This document shows, in pieces, positions 10,374 through 17,797 of a DNA stretch of 64,000 nt. Within the stretch, counting starts at the first letter, position 1. Every line of letters begins with the position of its first letter. Position numbers and translations under genes: made by a program. The stretch is from Polyangiales bacterium. Its GTDB lineage: Bacteria > Myxococcota_A > Polyangia > Polyangiales > Polyangiaceae. The notes under the pieces are model-generated. The model did no database searches. It saw only the letters and a program-made list of their open reading frames with translations, and was not told the origin of the DNA. The stretch is from the NCBI GenBank assembly GCA_038239005.1, contig JBBSFE010000015.1, forward strand, positions 3,154-67,153, in the 5' to 3' direction.

Positions 10374-10512
10374 CGAACGCTCACATTACATCACGTCGCC
10401 ACGCTCGTCATGGGCGTTCGCGCCAGTGCCGGACCCACCTCTTCTTTGGGAAGTTGGGCCAAAACCTACGCTTGCTTGCTCAGGATCATGCGCGCAAGGT
10501 AAAAACAAGCTC

Positions 10513-11505
10513 GTGAGCGATCCCAAGGACCCAAAGGACTCAAGTCGACGCGATGCGCTCCAGCGCGTCGGCCTCGCCACGGGTGTGCTTGCGGCTGGCG
10601 CCGTCATCGGCCGCGCCGCGTGGGACCACGGCGGCTTCGGTCTCGAAGCCGCGCAAGGCGCTCGCCAAGTCCGCGATTTCCGCGATCCGTCTCTTCGCCA
10701 AGACACGCAATTCGCCGAAATCGGAATCGCCAAGCAGGGCTCGCCCGAAGAGCTCGTCACGCGCGCTCTCGCGGCGCTCGGCGGCATGAAGCGCTTCGTG
10801 TCACGCCATGACGTCGTCGTCGTCAAACCGAACATCGGTTGGGACCGCATGCCGATCCACGCGGCCAACACGAATCCCGATGTCGTCGCGGCAGTCGTCA
10901 AAGCCGCATACGACGCGGGCGCCAAACGCGTCGTCGTCGCTGATGGGTCGTGCAACGATCCGAATCGCTGCTTTCAGCGCTCCGGCATTTGGAGCAAGGC
11001 CTACGCCGTCGGCGCCGAGGTCGTGCTTCCCGCGGAGCATCGCTATCGCACGATGCGCCTCCAAGGCGACGTCCTCGACGAATGGCCCGTCTTCACGACG
11101 CTCGTCGACGCCGACAAGGTCATCAACGTCCCCGTCGCCAAACATCACAACCTCGCGAAGTTCACCGCGGCGATGAAAAATTGGTACGGCGTTCTCGGTG
11201 GCCGCCGCAATCGTCTCCACCAAAACATCGACACATCGATCGCCGACCTCGCAACCTTCATGCGGCCGACGCTCACCATCATCGACGCCGTGCGCGTGCT
11301 CGTGCGCAACGGCCCGCAAGGGGGCAACGTCGACGACACGCGCGAGATGCACACCGTCATCGCATCGGTCGATCAAGTCGCCGCTGACGCCTACGCGTGC
11401 ACGCTCATCGGCCAACACCGCGACAACCTCCCGTACCTGAAAATGGCTCACCAGCGCGGCATCGGCACGATGTACTGGGAAAACCTGCGCGTGAAAGAAG
11501 TCTGA
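10513..11505 (+). CDS. Tat-signal DUF362 domain protein
   Basis: Twin-arginine signal SSRRDALQRVGLATGVLAAGAVIG. The DUF362-like core includes VVVKPNIGWDR and ADGSCND. I prefer the GTG start at 10513; the track ORF starts at GTG 10426. Confidence 0.8.
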   Translation: MSDPKDPKDSSRRDALQRVGLATGVLAAGAVIGRAAWDHGGFGLEAAQGARQVRDFRDPSLRQDTQFAEIGIAKQGSPEELVTRALAALGGMKRFVSRHDVVVVKPNIGWDRMPIHAANTNPDVVAAVVKAAYDAGAKRVVVADGSCNDPNRCFQRSGIWSKAYAVGAEVVLPAEHRYRTMRLQGDVLDEWPVFTTLVDADKVINVPVAKHHNLAKFTAAMKNWYGVLGGRRNRLHQNIDTSIADLATFMRPTLTIIDAVRVLVRNGPQGGNVDDTREMHTVIASVDQVAADAYACTLIGQHRDNLPYLKMAHQRGIGTMYWENLRVKEV

Positions 11506-11507
11506 GC

Positions 11508-13334
11508 GTGAGCGAAGTCGATCACGCAAACCCCATCCCGTGGAAAACGGGAACGCCGGGCCCCGTGCCTAGCCTCGACGCGCCCGCGAAAAAGACTGCG
11601 CCCGCGCCTGCGCCGAAAAAGAAGAAGCTTCCCGGTTCGGGGATTCAGGCGCGCACAAGCATTCGTACATTGAAGTGGGCGCGTCGCGTCGCCCAGGTCG
11701 GGTTCTTCGGCCTCTTCATGTACTTCCTGTTTCAGACGGCGTTTCGCGGCTCGTTCGCGGCGAGCGCGGATCAAGCGGTGAGGTTGCCGCTTCCAGTCGA
11801 AGCGTTCTTGCTCGCCGATCCGTTCGTCTCCGCCATGACAGCGCTCTCGACGCACACGGTGTATCGCGGGCTTCTCTGGAGCATCGGGCTGCTCGCGCTC
11901 ACGCTCGTTTTTGGTCGCGTCTTCTGCGGATGGATTTGCCCATTCGGAACGCTCCACCACTTCTTTGGTTGGCTCCTTCCGTCGCGGCATGGTCGCGGCG
12001 CGTCGCGCGTCGAGGCCAACAAGACGCACACGTATCAGCGCGTGAAATATTATCTGCTCTACGCGTTCTTGCTCGCGTCCGTCGCGGGCAGCGCGATCGG
12101 CGGCATGTTCGATCCGATTTGCATTGCGGTGCGATCGATCGGCCTCGGCGTCATCCCCGCAACGCAATACCTCACCGGTCGCGGCCTCAACGGCATCGAG
12201 ACGCACGTTGGCTCGCGCGCGCTTCAGGCATCGGCTGATCACACACAAGACATCCTCGCGCGCCAAGTGTGGCAGGCGCATCAGTCGTACTTTCACCAAA
12301 CGTGGCTCATCGTTTTCCTGCTCGTCGGGCTTCTCTTCTTGAACCGTTTCATTCCGCGCTTCTGGTGTCGCGTGCTTTGCCCGCTTGGCGCGTTCCTCGG
12401 CGTGTTCGCGCGCTTCGCCCTCTTCGGCATGGAGAAGGACCACGCGAAATGCACCGACTGCAACTTGTGCCTCGTGCACTGCCAAGGCGCTGACTCCCCG
12501 CAAGGCGGCGTGAAGTGGCGGCAGGACGAATGCCACATGTGCCTCAACTGCGAAACCTCGTGCCCCGAGGACGTCATCAAGTTCCGCTTCTTGCCGAACC
12601 GGAAGAGCACGATCACCGTTCCCGACACCGATCGCCGCACGGGTCTCGCCGCAGCCGGCGCTGGCATGCTCTTCTTGCCGGTGTCGCGCGTCGCCGATTC
12701 GCTCGACGTCAACTACCACTCGAAGGTGATTCGCCCCCCGGGCGCGGTCGAAGAGCGCGAGTTTCTCGAGCGCTGCATTCGATGTGCAGAATGCATGAAA
12801 GTCTGCCCGAACAACGCGCTCCATCCGGCGTTCTTCGAAGCGGGCATCGAAGGTTTGTGGACGCCCATCTTGATCGCGCGCATCGGCTACTGCGAGCACT
12901 CGTGCGTGCTCTGCGGCCAAGTCTGCCCGACAGGCGCCATCCAGAAAATCACCGAGAAGGAAAAGCTCGGCATCGGCCAAGAGCCGATCAAGATAGGCAC
13001 CGCGTTTTACGATCACGGTCGCTGCTTGCCTTGGTCGATGCAGACGCCATGCATCGTCTGCGAAGAGTTCTGCCCGACCTCACCGAAAGCGATTTGGGTC
13101 GAAGAAGTCGAAGCCCCGATGCGCGACAGCAAGCCCGGCCCGAACGGCGAGTCACCCGCAATGAAGACGGTGAAGCTCCAGCGCCCGCACGTCGACCCGT
13201 CGCTCTGCATCGGCTGCGGCGCGTGCGAGAAGGTGTGCCCGGTGCAAGACCAGCCGGCCGTGTACATCACGAGCGTCGGCGAATCGCGCAGCAAGACGAA
13301 CGTCATCCTGCTCGAGAACACCAAGTACAGCTGA
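11508..13334 (+). CDS. membrane-bound polyferredoxin (NapH/MauN-like 4Fe-4S binding protein)
   Basis: GTG 11508 lies 2 nt after the DUF362 stop. It has an N-terminal multi-TM region containing CGWICPFG and RVLCPLG. The C-terminal part has six CxxCxxCxxxCP-type motifs (CTDCNLCLVHC, CHMCLNCETSCP, CIRCAECMKVCP, CVLCGQVCP, CIVCEEFCP, CIGCGACEKVCP). Confidence 0.85.
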   Translation: MSEVDHANPIPWKTGTPGPVPSLDAPAKKTAPAPAPKKKKLPGSGIQARTSIRTLKWARRVAQVGFFGLFMYFLFQTAFRGSFAASADQAVRLPLPVEAFLLADPFVSAMTALSTHTVYRGLLWSIGLLALTLVFGRVFCGWICPFGTLHHFFGWLLPSRHGRGASRVEANKTHTYQRVKYYLLYAFLLASVAGSAIGGMFDPICIAVRSIGLGVIPATQYLTGRGLNGIETHVGSRALQASADHTQDILARQVWQAHQSYFHQTWLIVFLLVGLLFLNRFIPRFWCRVLCPLGAFLGVFARFALFGMEKDHAKCTDCNLCLVHCQGADSPQGGVKWRQDECHMCLNCETSCPEDVIKFRFLPNRKSTITVPDTDRRTGLAAAGAGMLFLPVSRVADSLDVNYHSKVIRPPGAVEEREFLERCIRCAECMKVCPNNALHPAFFEAGIEGLWTPILIARIGYCEHSCVLCGQVCPTGAIQKITEKEKLGIGQEPIKIGTAFYDHGRCLPWSMQTPCIVCEEFCPTSPKAIWVEEVEAPMRDSKPGPNGESPAMKTVKLQRPHVDPSLCIGCGACEKVCPVQDQPAVYITSVGESRSKTNVILLENTKYS

Positions 13335-13342
13335 CCTCGCGC

Positions 13343-13372
13343 ACGCCAACGCGGACGCCAACGCCAACGCCA
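13343..13372. repeat. hexanucleotide microsatellite (ACGCCA/ACGCGG) x5
   Basis: Read directly: acgcca acgcgg acgcca acgcca acgcca, beginning 9 nt after the polyferredoxin stop. Confidence 0.9.
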
Positions 13373-13390
13373 ACCGAAGGCTCTGACGAG

Positions 13391-13492
13391 GAGACCGAGA
13401 CGGAGACCGAGACGGAGACCGAGACGGAGACCGAGACGGAGACCGAGACGGAGACCGAGACCGAGACCGAGACCGAGACGGAGACCGAGACC
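13391..13492. repeat. hexanucleotide microsatellite (GAGACC/GAGACG) x17
   Basis: Seventeen perfect head-to-tail GAGACS units counted by hand. The array ends about 20 nt from the outer inverted repeat of the adjacent IS. Confidence 0.95.
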
Positions 13493-13510
13493 CGGTCGGA
13501 CTCCGTCTGT

Positions 13511-14850
13511 GAGACCGGAGACATGCCTGACAGATCAGTCCGAGGACATGCCTGACAGGTTCTCTTTCATTAAATCCTTTTTACGTCTCTCCCAACGTTA
13601 ACCAATTCACCTCCACGCAGCTGACCGAGCAGGACGGGACCAAACCAAAGGTCGCCCTCACGATCGTTTCCATCGTCGGGCATGTTGCGTAGCTCGACTT
13701 CGAGACAAGCGAGAGCCGTGCTGACAAAGATACGTTTGCCGTCACAACGAATGAAGCCACGCTTGTCGACGCGCAGAGCGATGTTCCACGGCTCGCACTC
13801 GAATCGCAGAAGAGGGCGCGGGTAGCGACGCGGTGAGCGACGAAAAAGCGACTCGGGCGTCTTCATCGCCAAAGCCTCGTGAGGACGCACCTCGTTGTAG
13901 GTCTTGCGAAAGAGATCGCTCGCACGCTGCTGCGCGTGGACGTCGCGCTGAGGCGGCACTTCCGCTTTGAGCGTGCGATGGAAGCGCTCTTGGCGGCCAT
14001 TCTGTTGCGGCTTGCCGGGCTCGATGCGCTCACGACGGATGCCGAGCCTCAACCACCAGACTGAGAGATCCGAAAGGCCGCCCGCGCCGACCGTCACAAA
14101 GGGAGGCCCGTTGTCGGTGCGAATCGCCTTCGGCATCCCGTACTCTTGAAACGCTGAATCGAAACGCGCATCACTTCGGCGCCGTTCGGCTCGAGCAACA
14201 CTTCACAGCGCACGAGGAAGCGCGTGTGTGCGTCGATGATCGTGAGCGGATAACAAACGCGACCGTCGAGCATTCGGAACTGACCTTTGAAGTCGGCGCA
14301 CCACGTCACGTTGGGCGCGTCGACAGAAGCGAAAGGCTCGGAGCTCCACTTCGAGCGGACGCGCCGACGACGCGGCAGCGTGAGGCCCCGGCGCTTGAGT
14401 ATCTCGCCGACGGTGCTCGGCGCAGGAATCGGCACGTCGCAGCGGTCACGCAGCAACTTGCGAAGCCTCTTCGGGCCCCAAGTCGGATGCGCTTTGCGAG
14501 CAGCGGCCACGAGCTCCTCGACGCGCTCGTCGACTTTCATAGGCGTCGTGTGAGGCCGCCGTGAACGCTCGGCAACCGCCGCAACGTCGCGTCCGCTCCT
14601 GCAGTATCGCGCGATGAGCCGATGCCCCGCATCGCGACTGACGCCGAACTCGCGGCACAGCTCGCTCACGTTGACGACGCCTTCGCCAGCGTCCCATCGC
14701 TTCTCCCACTCCAACACGAACTTCACTCGCTCCTTCATCGAATCCGTTTCCTTCCAGGGCATGCGCCACTGTCAGGGATGTCCTCGGATTCCGTTGCACC
14801 GACTGTCAGGCATGTCCCCGGTCCGTTGTGTCAGGGATCTGTCCGGTCTG
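13511..14850 (-). mobile_element. IS481-family-like insertion sequence with nested subterminal inverted repeats
   Basis: A DDE/rve transposase gene is flanked by inverted copies of a CTGTCAGG[C/G]ATGTCC motif. 13513-13533 matches the reverse complement of 14803-14823 at 20/21. 13539-13558 matches the reverse complement of 14769-14788 at 19/20. A degenerate third copy lies at 14829-14850. The exact termini are not determined. Confidence 0.75.
13570..14762 (-). pseudogene. IS481-family transposase (integrase core) split by a 1-nt frameshift
   Basis: Track ORFs 14094..14762 (HTH, ...TWCADFKG..., PLTIIDAHTRF) and 13570..14136 (MPKAIRTDNGPPF ... PQQNGRQERFHRTLK) are two halves of one transposase. 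The second frame already reads RFDSAFQEYGMPKAIRTDNG from about 14172, so the frame change lies near 14165-14180. Confidence 0.8.
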
Positions 14851-14917
14851 TACCCGTCAAAAATCAACGGAGGGACTTGACCGGACGAGGACGGGATGTA
14901 ATATATGCTAAATCAAT

Positions 14918-15520
14918 ATGAAAGCGGCGCGGCAGCTCGAGCTTCGGTTTCATCCACGCGGGGGCAAGCGGCGCGGGGCGGGGCGCAAGCCGAAGGGGGC
15001 GACGGCAGGGGTCTCGCATCTACGGCGTGAGCGGTTTGGGCGGCTCTTGCCGGTGCACGTCACATTGCGGATGGCGCGGCATGTCTACAACTTGAGGAGC
15101 CGGCGCTCGTTCTCCATCGTGGGGCGCGCCATCGTGAAAGCAGCAGACCGCTTTGGCGTGACCATCGTGCGGTTTTCCGTGCAGGGCAACCACGTGCATC
15201 TCATCGTCGAGGCGCCGGGCGAGAGCGCGCTGTCGCGTGCGATGCAGGGTTTTTCGATTCGCGTTGCGAAGCGCCTGAACGCGATGATGAAGCGTGCCGG
15301 GCGCGAGCTCGCTGATCGGTATCACGCCCACGTCCTACGCACGCCAACCGAGGCGCGCCGCGCCGTGCGCTATGTCGCCGAGAACGCGAGAAAGCACATG
15401 GCTGAATTCGGGCGCGTCGTCCGCGCGACGTTTATCGACGACTACTCATCAGAAGGCGCACCCATCGCGCTCCCACGTGCGCGAACCTGGCTACTTCGCC
15501 GCGGGGTGTCGCCGCCGTGA
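14918..15520 (+). CDS. IS200/REP-associated (RAYT-like) Y1 HUH transposase
   Basis: 200 aa with the HUH motif in VQGNHVHLIVEAP, a catalytic-Tyr region ADRYHAHVL and the tail AVRYVAENARKH. Confidence 0.8.
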   Translation: MKAARQLELRFHPRGGKRRGAGRKPKGATAGVSHLRRERFGRLLPVHVTLRMARHVYNLRSRRSFSIVGRAIVKAADRFGVTIVRFSVQGNHVHLIVEAPGESALSRAMQGFSIRVAKRLNAMMKRAGRELADRYHAHVLRTPTEARRAVRYVAENARKHMAEFGRVVRATFIDDYSSEGAPIALPRARTWLLRRGVSPP

Positions 15521-15554
15521 CGCCGCGCGCGCGGGCACCCCTGCGAGGAGCGCG

Positions 15555-16310
15555 TCAGATGCGACGCAGCAACGAGGTTGTGTGCTCGACCTGCGTGAAG
15601 CCGAGGCGCGCATAGAGGCGGTCGGCCTCGGTGTCGGGCCACGAACCGATGTGCACGGGCTCGGGCCACTTCTCCAGCGCAAATTGCGTGACGCGCGAGA
15701 CGAGCGCCGCCGCAATTCCACGACGACGCCAAGGCGCATCCACGTTGACCATCTGAAAACGTGACAAGCCCGCGTGCGTGAAGACGCCGCACGTGGCGAC
15801 CAGTGCGCCGTCGACGAAAACGCCGAACCAACGCCCATGACCCGCGTCAACGAGTCGTGCGTATCGCTCGACTTGGATGCGCAAGAACTCGCGGTAGCCG
15901 GCGGCGAAAATCGTGTCCGGCGTCATGCAGCGGTCGCAAAGCTCGAAGACGGCGCCCCATTCCTCGACGCGCGTCTCGCGAATGTTCCATGTGGAGCTCG
16001 ATGGCTCGAGCTCGGCAGCGCGCTCGATGCGACGAAGCACCGTGTCATCGCGCGTGAAGCCGAGCGGCTCGAAGGGCGACGCATCGAAAGACGCCGCGTG
16101 GATGTCGTCCCACGCGAACAGGCGATGGCGCGCGGTTGGAAACTCCTTCGCGAACTGTGATTCGCGGACCCCGCCCGGCGCGAGATCGGCGGGCGCGGGC
16201 GCATCACGAAAAACGATGAAGTTTCCCCAAAAGAACGTCGGGTTCGAAGGCGTGCGCACGACGATGTATTCGCCGCGATCGACGACCGTTCCGTCGAGCT
16301 CGGCGAACAT
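15555..16310 (-). CDS. GNAT-family N-acetyltransferase
   Basis: Only the C-terminal 251 aa of track ORF 15555..16733 look real (MFAELDGTVVDRGEYIVV...). An acetyl-CoA-binding-type motif is present: QMVNVDAPWRRRGIAAALV. Confidence 0.8.
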   Translation of the reverse strand: MFAELDGTVVDRGEYIVVRTPSNPTFFWGNFIVFRDAPAPADLAPGGVRESQFAKEFPTARHRLFAWDDIHAASFDASPFEPLGFTRDDTVLRRIERAAELEPSSSTWNIRETRVEEWGAVFELCDRCMTPDTIFAAGYREFLRIQVERYARLVDAGHGRWFGVFVDGALVATCGVFTHAGLSRFQMVNVDAPWRRRGIAAALVSRVTQFALEKWPEPVHIGSWPDTEADRLYARLGFTQVEHTTSLLRRI

Positions 16311-16357
16311 GATTTCGGTGCGCAGCGCGGCCGAACGGATCGCGGGCACGGTGCGAG

Positions 16358-17785
16358 TTAACGAACGGGCGGGGGAGGAGGCTGGCTGTCGTTCGTGATG
16401 CACGACGACAGATCGAACAGCAAGAACTCGAGCGCCTTCTCTTGCGCGGTGAGCGGGTTCTTGTTGCAGTTGCCGGGGAACGTGCCGCCGGGGCTGTCGC
16501 CGGAGCCAACGTGCAAGTCGGAGAAGACGACCTTGCCGCATTGTTTGTCGTCCGGGACGCCGACGGGCGTGTTGAACGTGTAGTACTCGACGAGCGGCGT
16601 CCCTGGGTCCCACACCCAGCGAATCGAAATCGGATCGGTGGGCGGGTTGCCGTTGACGGCGTCGACATCGTGACGCCCCTCGCTGATCGGGAAGGTGCCA
16701 AGCGTCGTGGAACCACCGACGTTGAGCATCCATTGGGCGAACGCTGCACCCTTCGCGAACGACTGATCGATCGTGACGGGCCAGTTCGTTTGCGGTGGGC
16801 TGCCCGCGTGATCGAACGTGGCCGTGGTCGGCCAGAGTGACGGGCCCGGGTTACTCTCGATCCAATAGTAGTGATAGTGCGTGCCGAACACGCGGCCGCC
16901 GATGTTGGCGTACTGCTCCATGTTCGGGAGCGACGTGCCGCCTTTGTTCTCCGGGTGCGTGCCGCCCTCGCAGCCCATGAGCACCATGTCGTAATTGACG
17001 AGGTTCGCTTCGCTCGTCCAGAACGTGTTGACGTTCGGTGAGCCACCCGAAATCGAGGAGCCGCCGACACCTTGATAGATGTTCACGCGACCCGCGGTGC
17101 CGACGTTGACGAACTGATCGGGGTTGATGCCGATCTTCGGAAGCATGCACTCGAGCGCGTCGGCGCCGCCCGTCGTCTGTGCGATGTACGGGATGTCGTC
17201 GTCGGGGTTGAGCTCGGCCGGTTTCGTCGGCAGGCGCGTCTGTGTTTTGTCGCTGATGGCGTTGTCGACGCACGAATTCACGTTTGCAATCGTGATGTGT
17301 CGACGCCATTTTCCGATCTGAATGACGAGCGGGATGTTCGTGTCGACGGGAACGTTGTCGAGCTTGAAGTGCCCCGCTGCATCGGTGAGCGTTGCAACGA
17401 GAGGATCGCCCGAGAGCGTCGCGCCGCACTTGTCGCAGGTGGCGCCGTGCGTGATCGGTTGGAGCGGCGCGTTCGGAACGTAAACGGCGACGTCGTAGAG
17501 CGGAACTTGATCGGCGGGATCGTAAACGGTACCGCTCAAGCTCGTCGTGGCGCTTCCGCCGCAGTTGACTTGTTTGAGGCAGAGTCCGGTGCACGTCTTT
17601 CCGTCACTGGAGCTGTCGGCGAACGGATTGCAAAACGGACCGGTGCAAGTGCCATCACCGCCGCTCGTGCCGTCACCTTCACCGCCGTCGAATTGGGAGC
17701 CGTCGTCTCCGCAGCCGCCTGTGACACCAGCGAACCCGAGAGCGAGCGCTCCAAAACAGGACATGAGCCCGAGCTGTTTTCGCAT
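16358..17785 (-). CDS. secreted lipoprotein with a carboxypeptidase-regulatory-like domain plus a conserved C-terminal domain (paralog A)
   Basis: 475 aa with a signal/lipobox (ALALGFAGVTGGC), a GGAGG Shine-Dalgarno upstream, and a CarboxypepD_reg-like segment (LSGTVYDPADQVPLYDVAVYV...TLTDAAGHFKLDNVP). Conserved motifs: YDMVLMGCEG, RVFGTHYHYYWIE, CGKVVFSDLHV. Confidence 0.85.
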   Translation of the reverse strand: MRKQLGLMSCFGALALGFAGVTGGCGDDGSQFDGGEGDGTSGGDGTCTGPFCNPFADSSSDGKTCTGLCLKQVNCGGSATTSLSGTVYDPADQVPLYDVAVYVPNAPLQPITHGATCDKCGATLSGDPLVATLTDAAGHFKLDNVPVDTNIPLVIQIGKWRRHITIANVNSCVDNAISDKTQTRLPTKPAELNPDDDIPYIAQTTGGADALECMLPKIGINPDQFVNVGTAGRVNIYQGVGGSSISGGSPNVNTFWTSEANLVNYDMVLMGCEGGTHPENKGGTSLPNMEQYANIGGRVFGTHYHYYWIESNPGPSLWPTTATFDHAGSPPQTNWPVTIDQSFAKGAAFAQWMLNVGGSTTLGTFPISEGRHDVDAVNGNPPTDPISIRWVWDPGTPLVEYYTFNTPVGVPDDKQCGKVVFSDLHVGSGDSPGGTFPGNCNKNPLTAQEKALEFLLFDLSSCITNDSQPPPPPVR

Positions 17786-17797
17786 GGAAGGCCTCCT

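Noticed and set aside
13343-13492. The possibility that the repeat array is a CRISPR or another spacer-containing array.
   Set aside because: The units are 6 nt, directly abutting, with no unique spacers. No cas genes are in the window.
12515-13555. A 346-aa plus-strand ORF ending in a (TE)n run encoded by the GAGACS microsatellite, and the minus-strand ORF 13303..13524 encoding (VS)n.
   Set aside because: Most of the plus ORF overlaps the polyferredoxin gene out of frame and is Arg-rich. The repeat-encoded part has no start signal of its own. I treat the repeat as non-coding, with the caveat given in the findings.
14094-14180. Programmed -1 ribosomal frameshifting in the IS transposase, as in the IS3 family.
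   Set aside because: A -1 shift would restore the frame. However, no A-AAA-AAG-type slippery heptamer or obvious downstream structure is visible in the overlap, and IS481-family transposases are normally single ORFs. A mutation or base-calling error is more likely.
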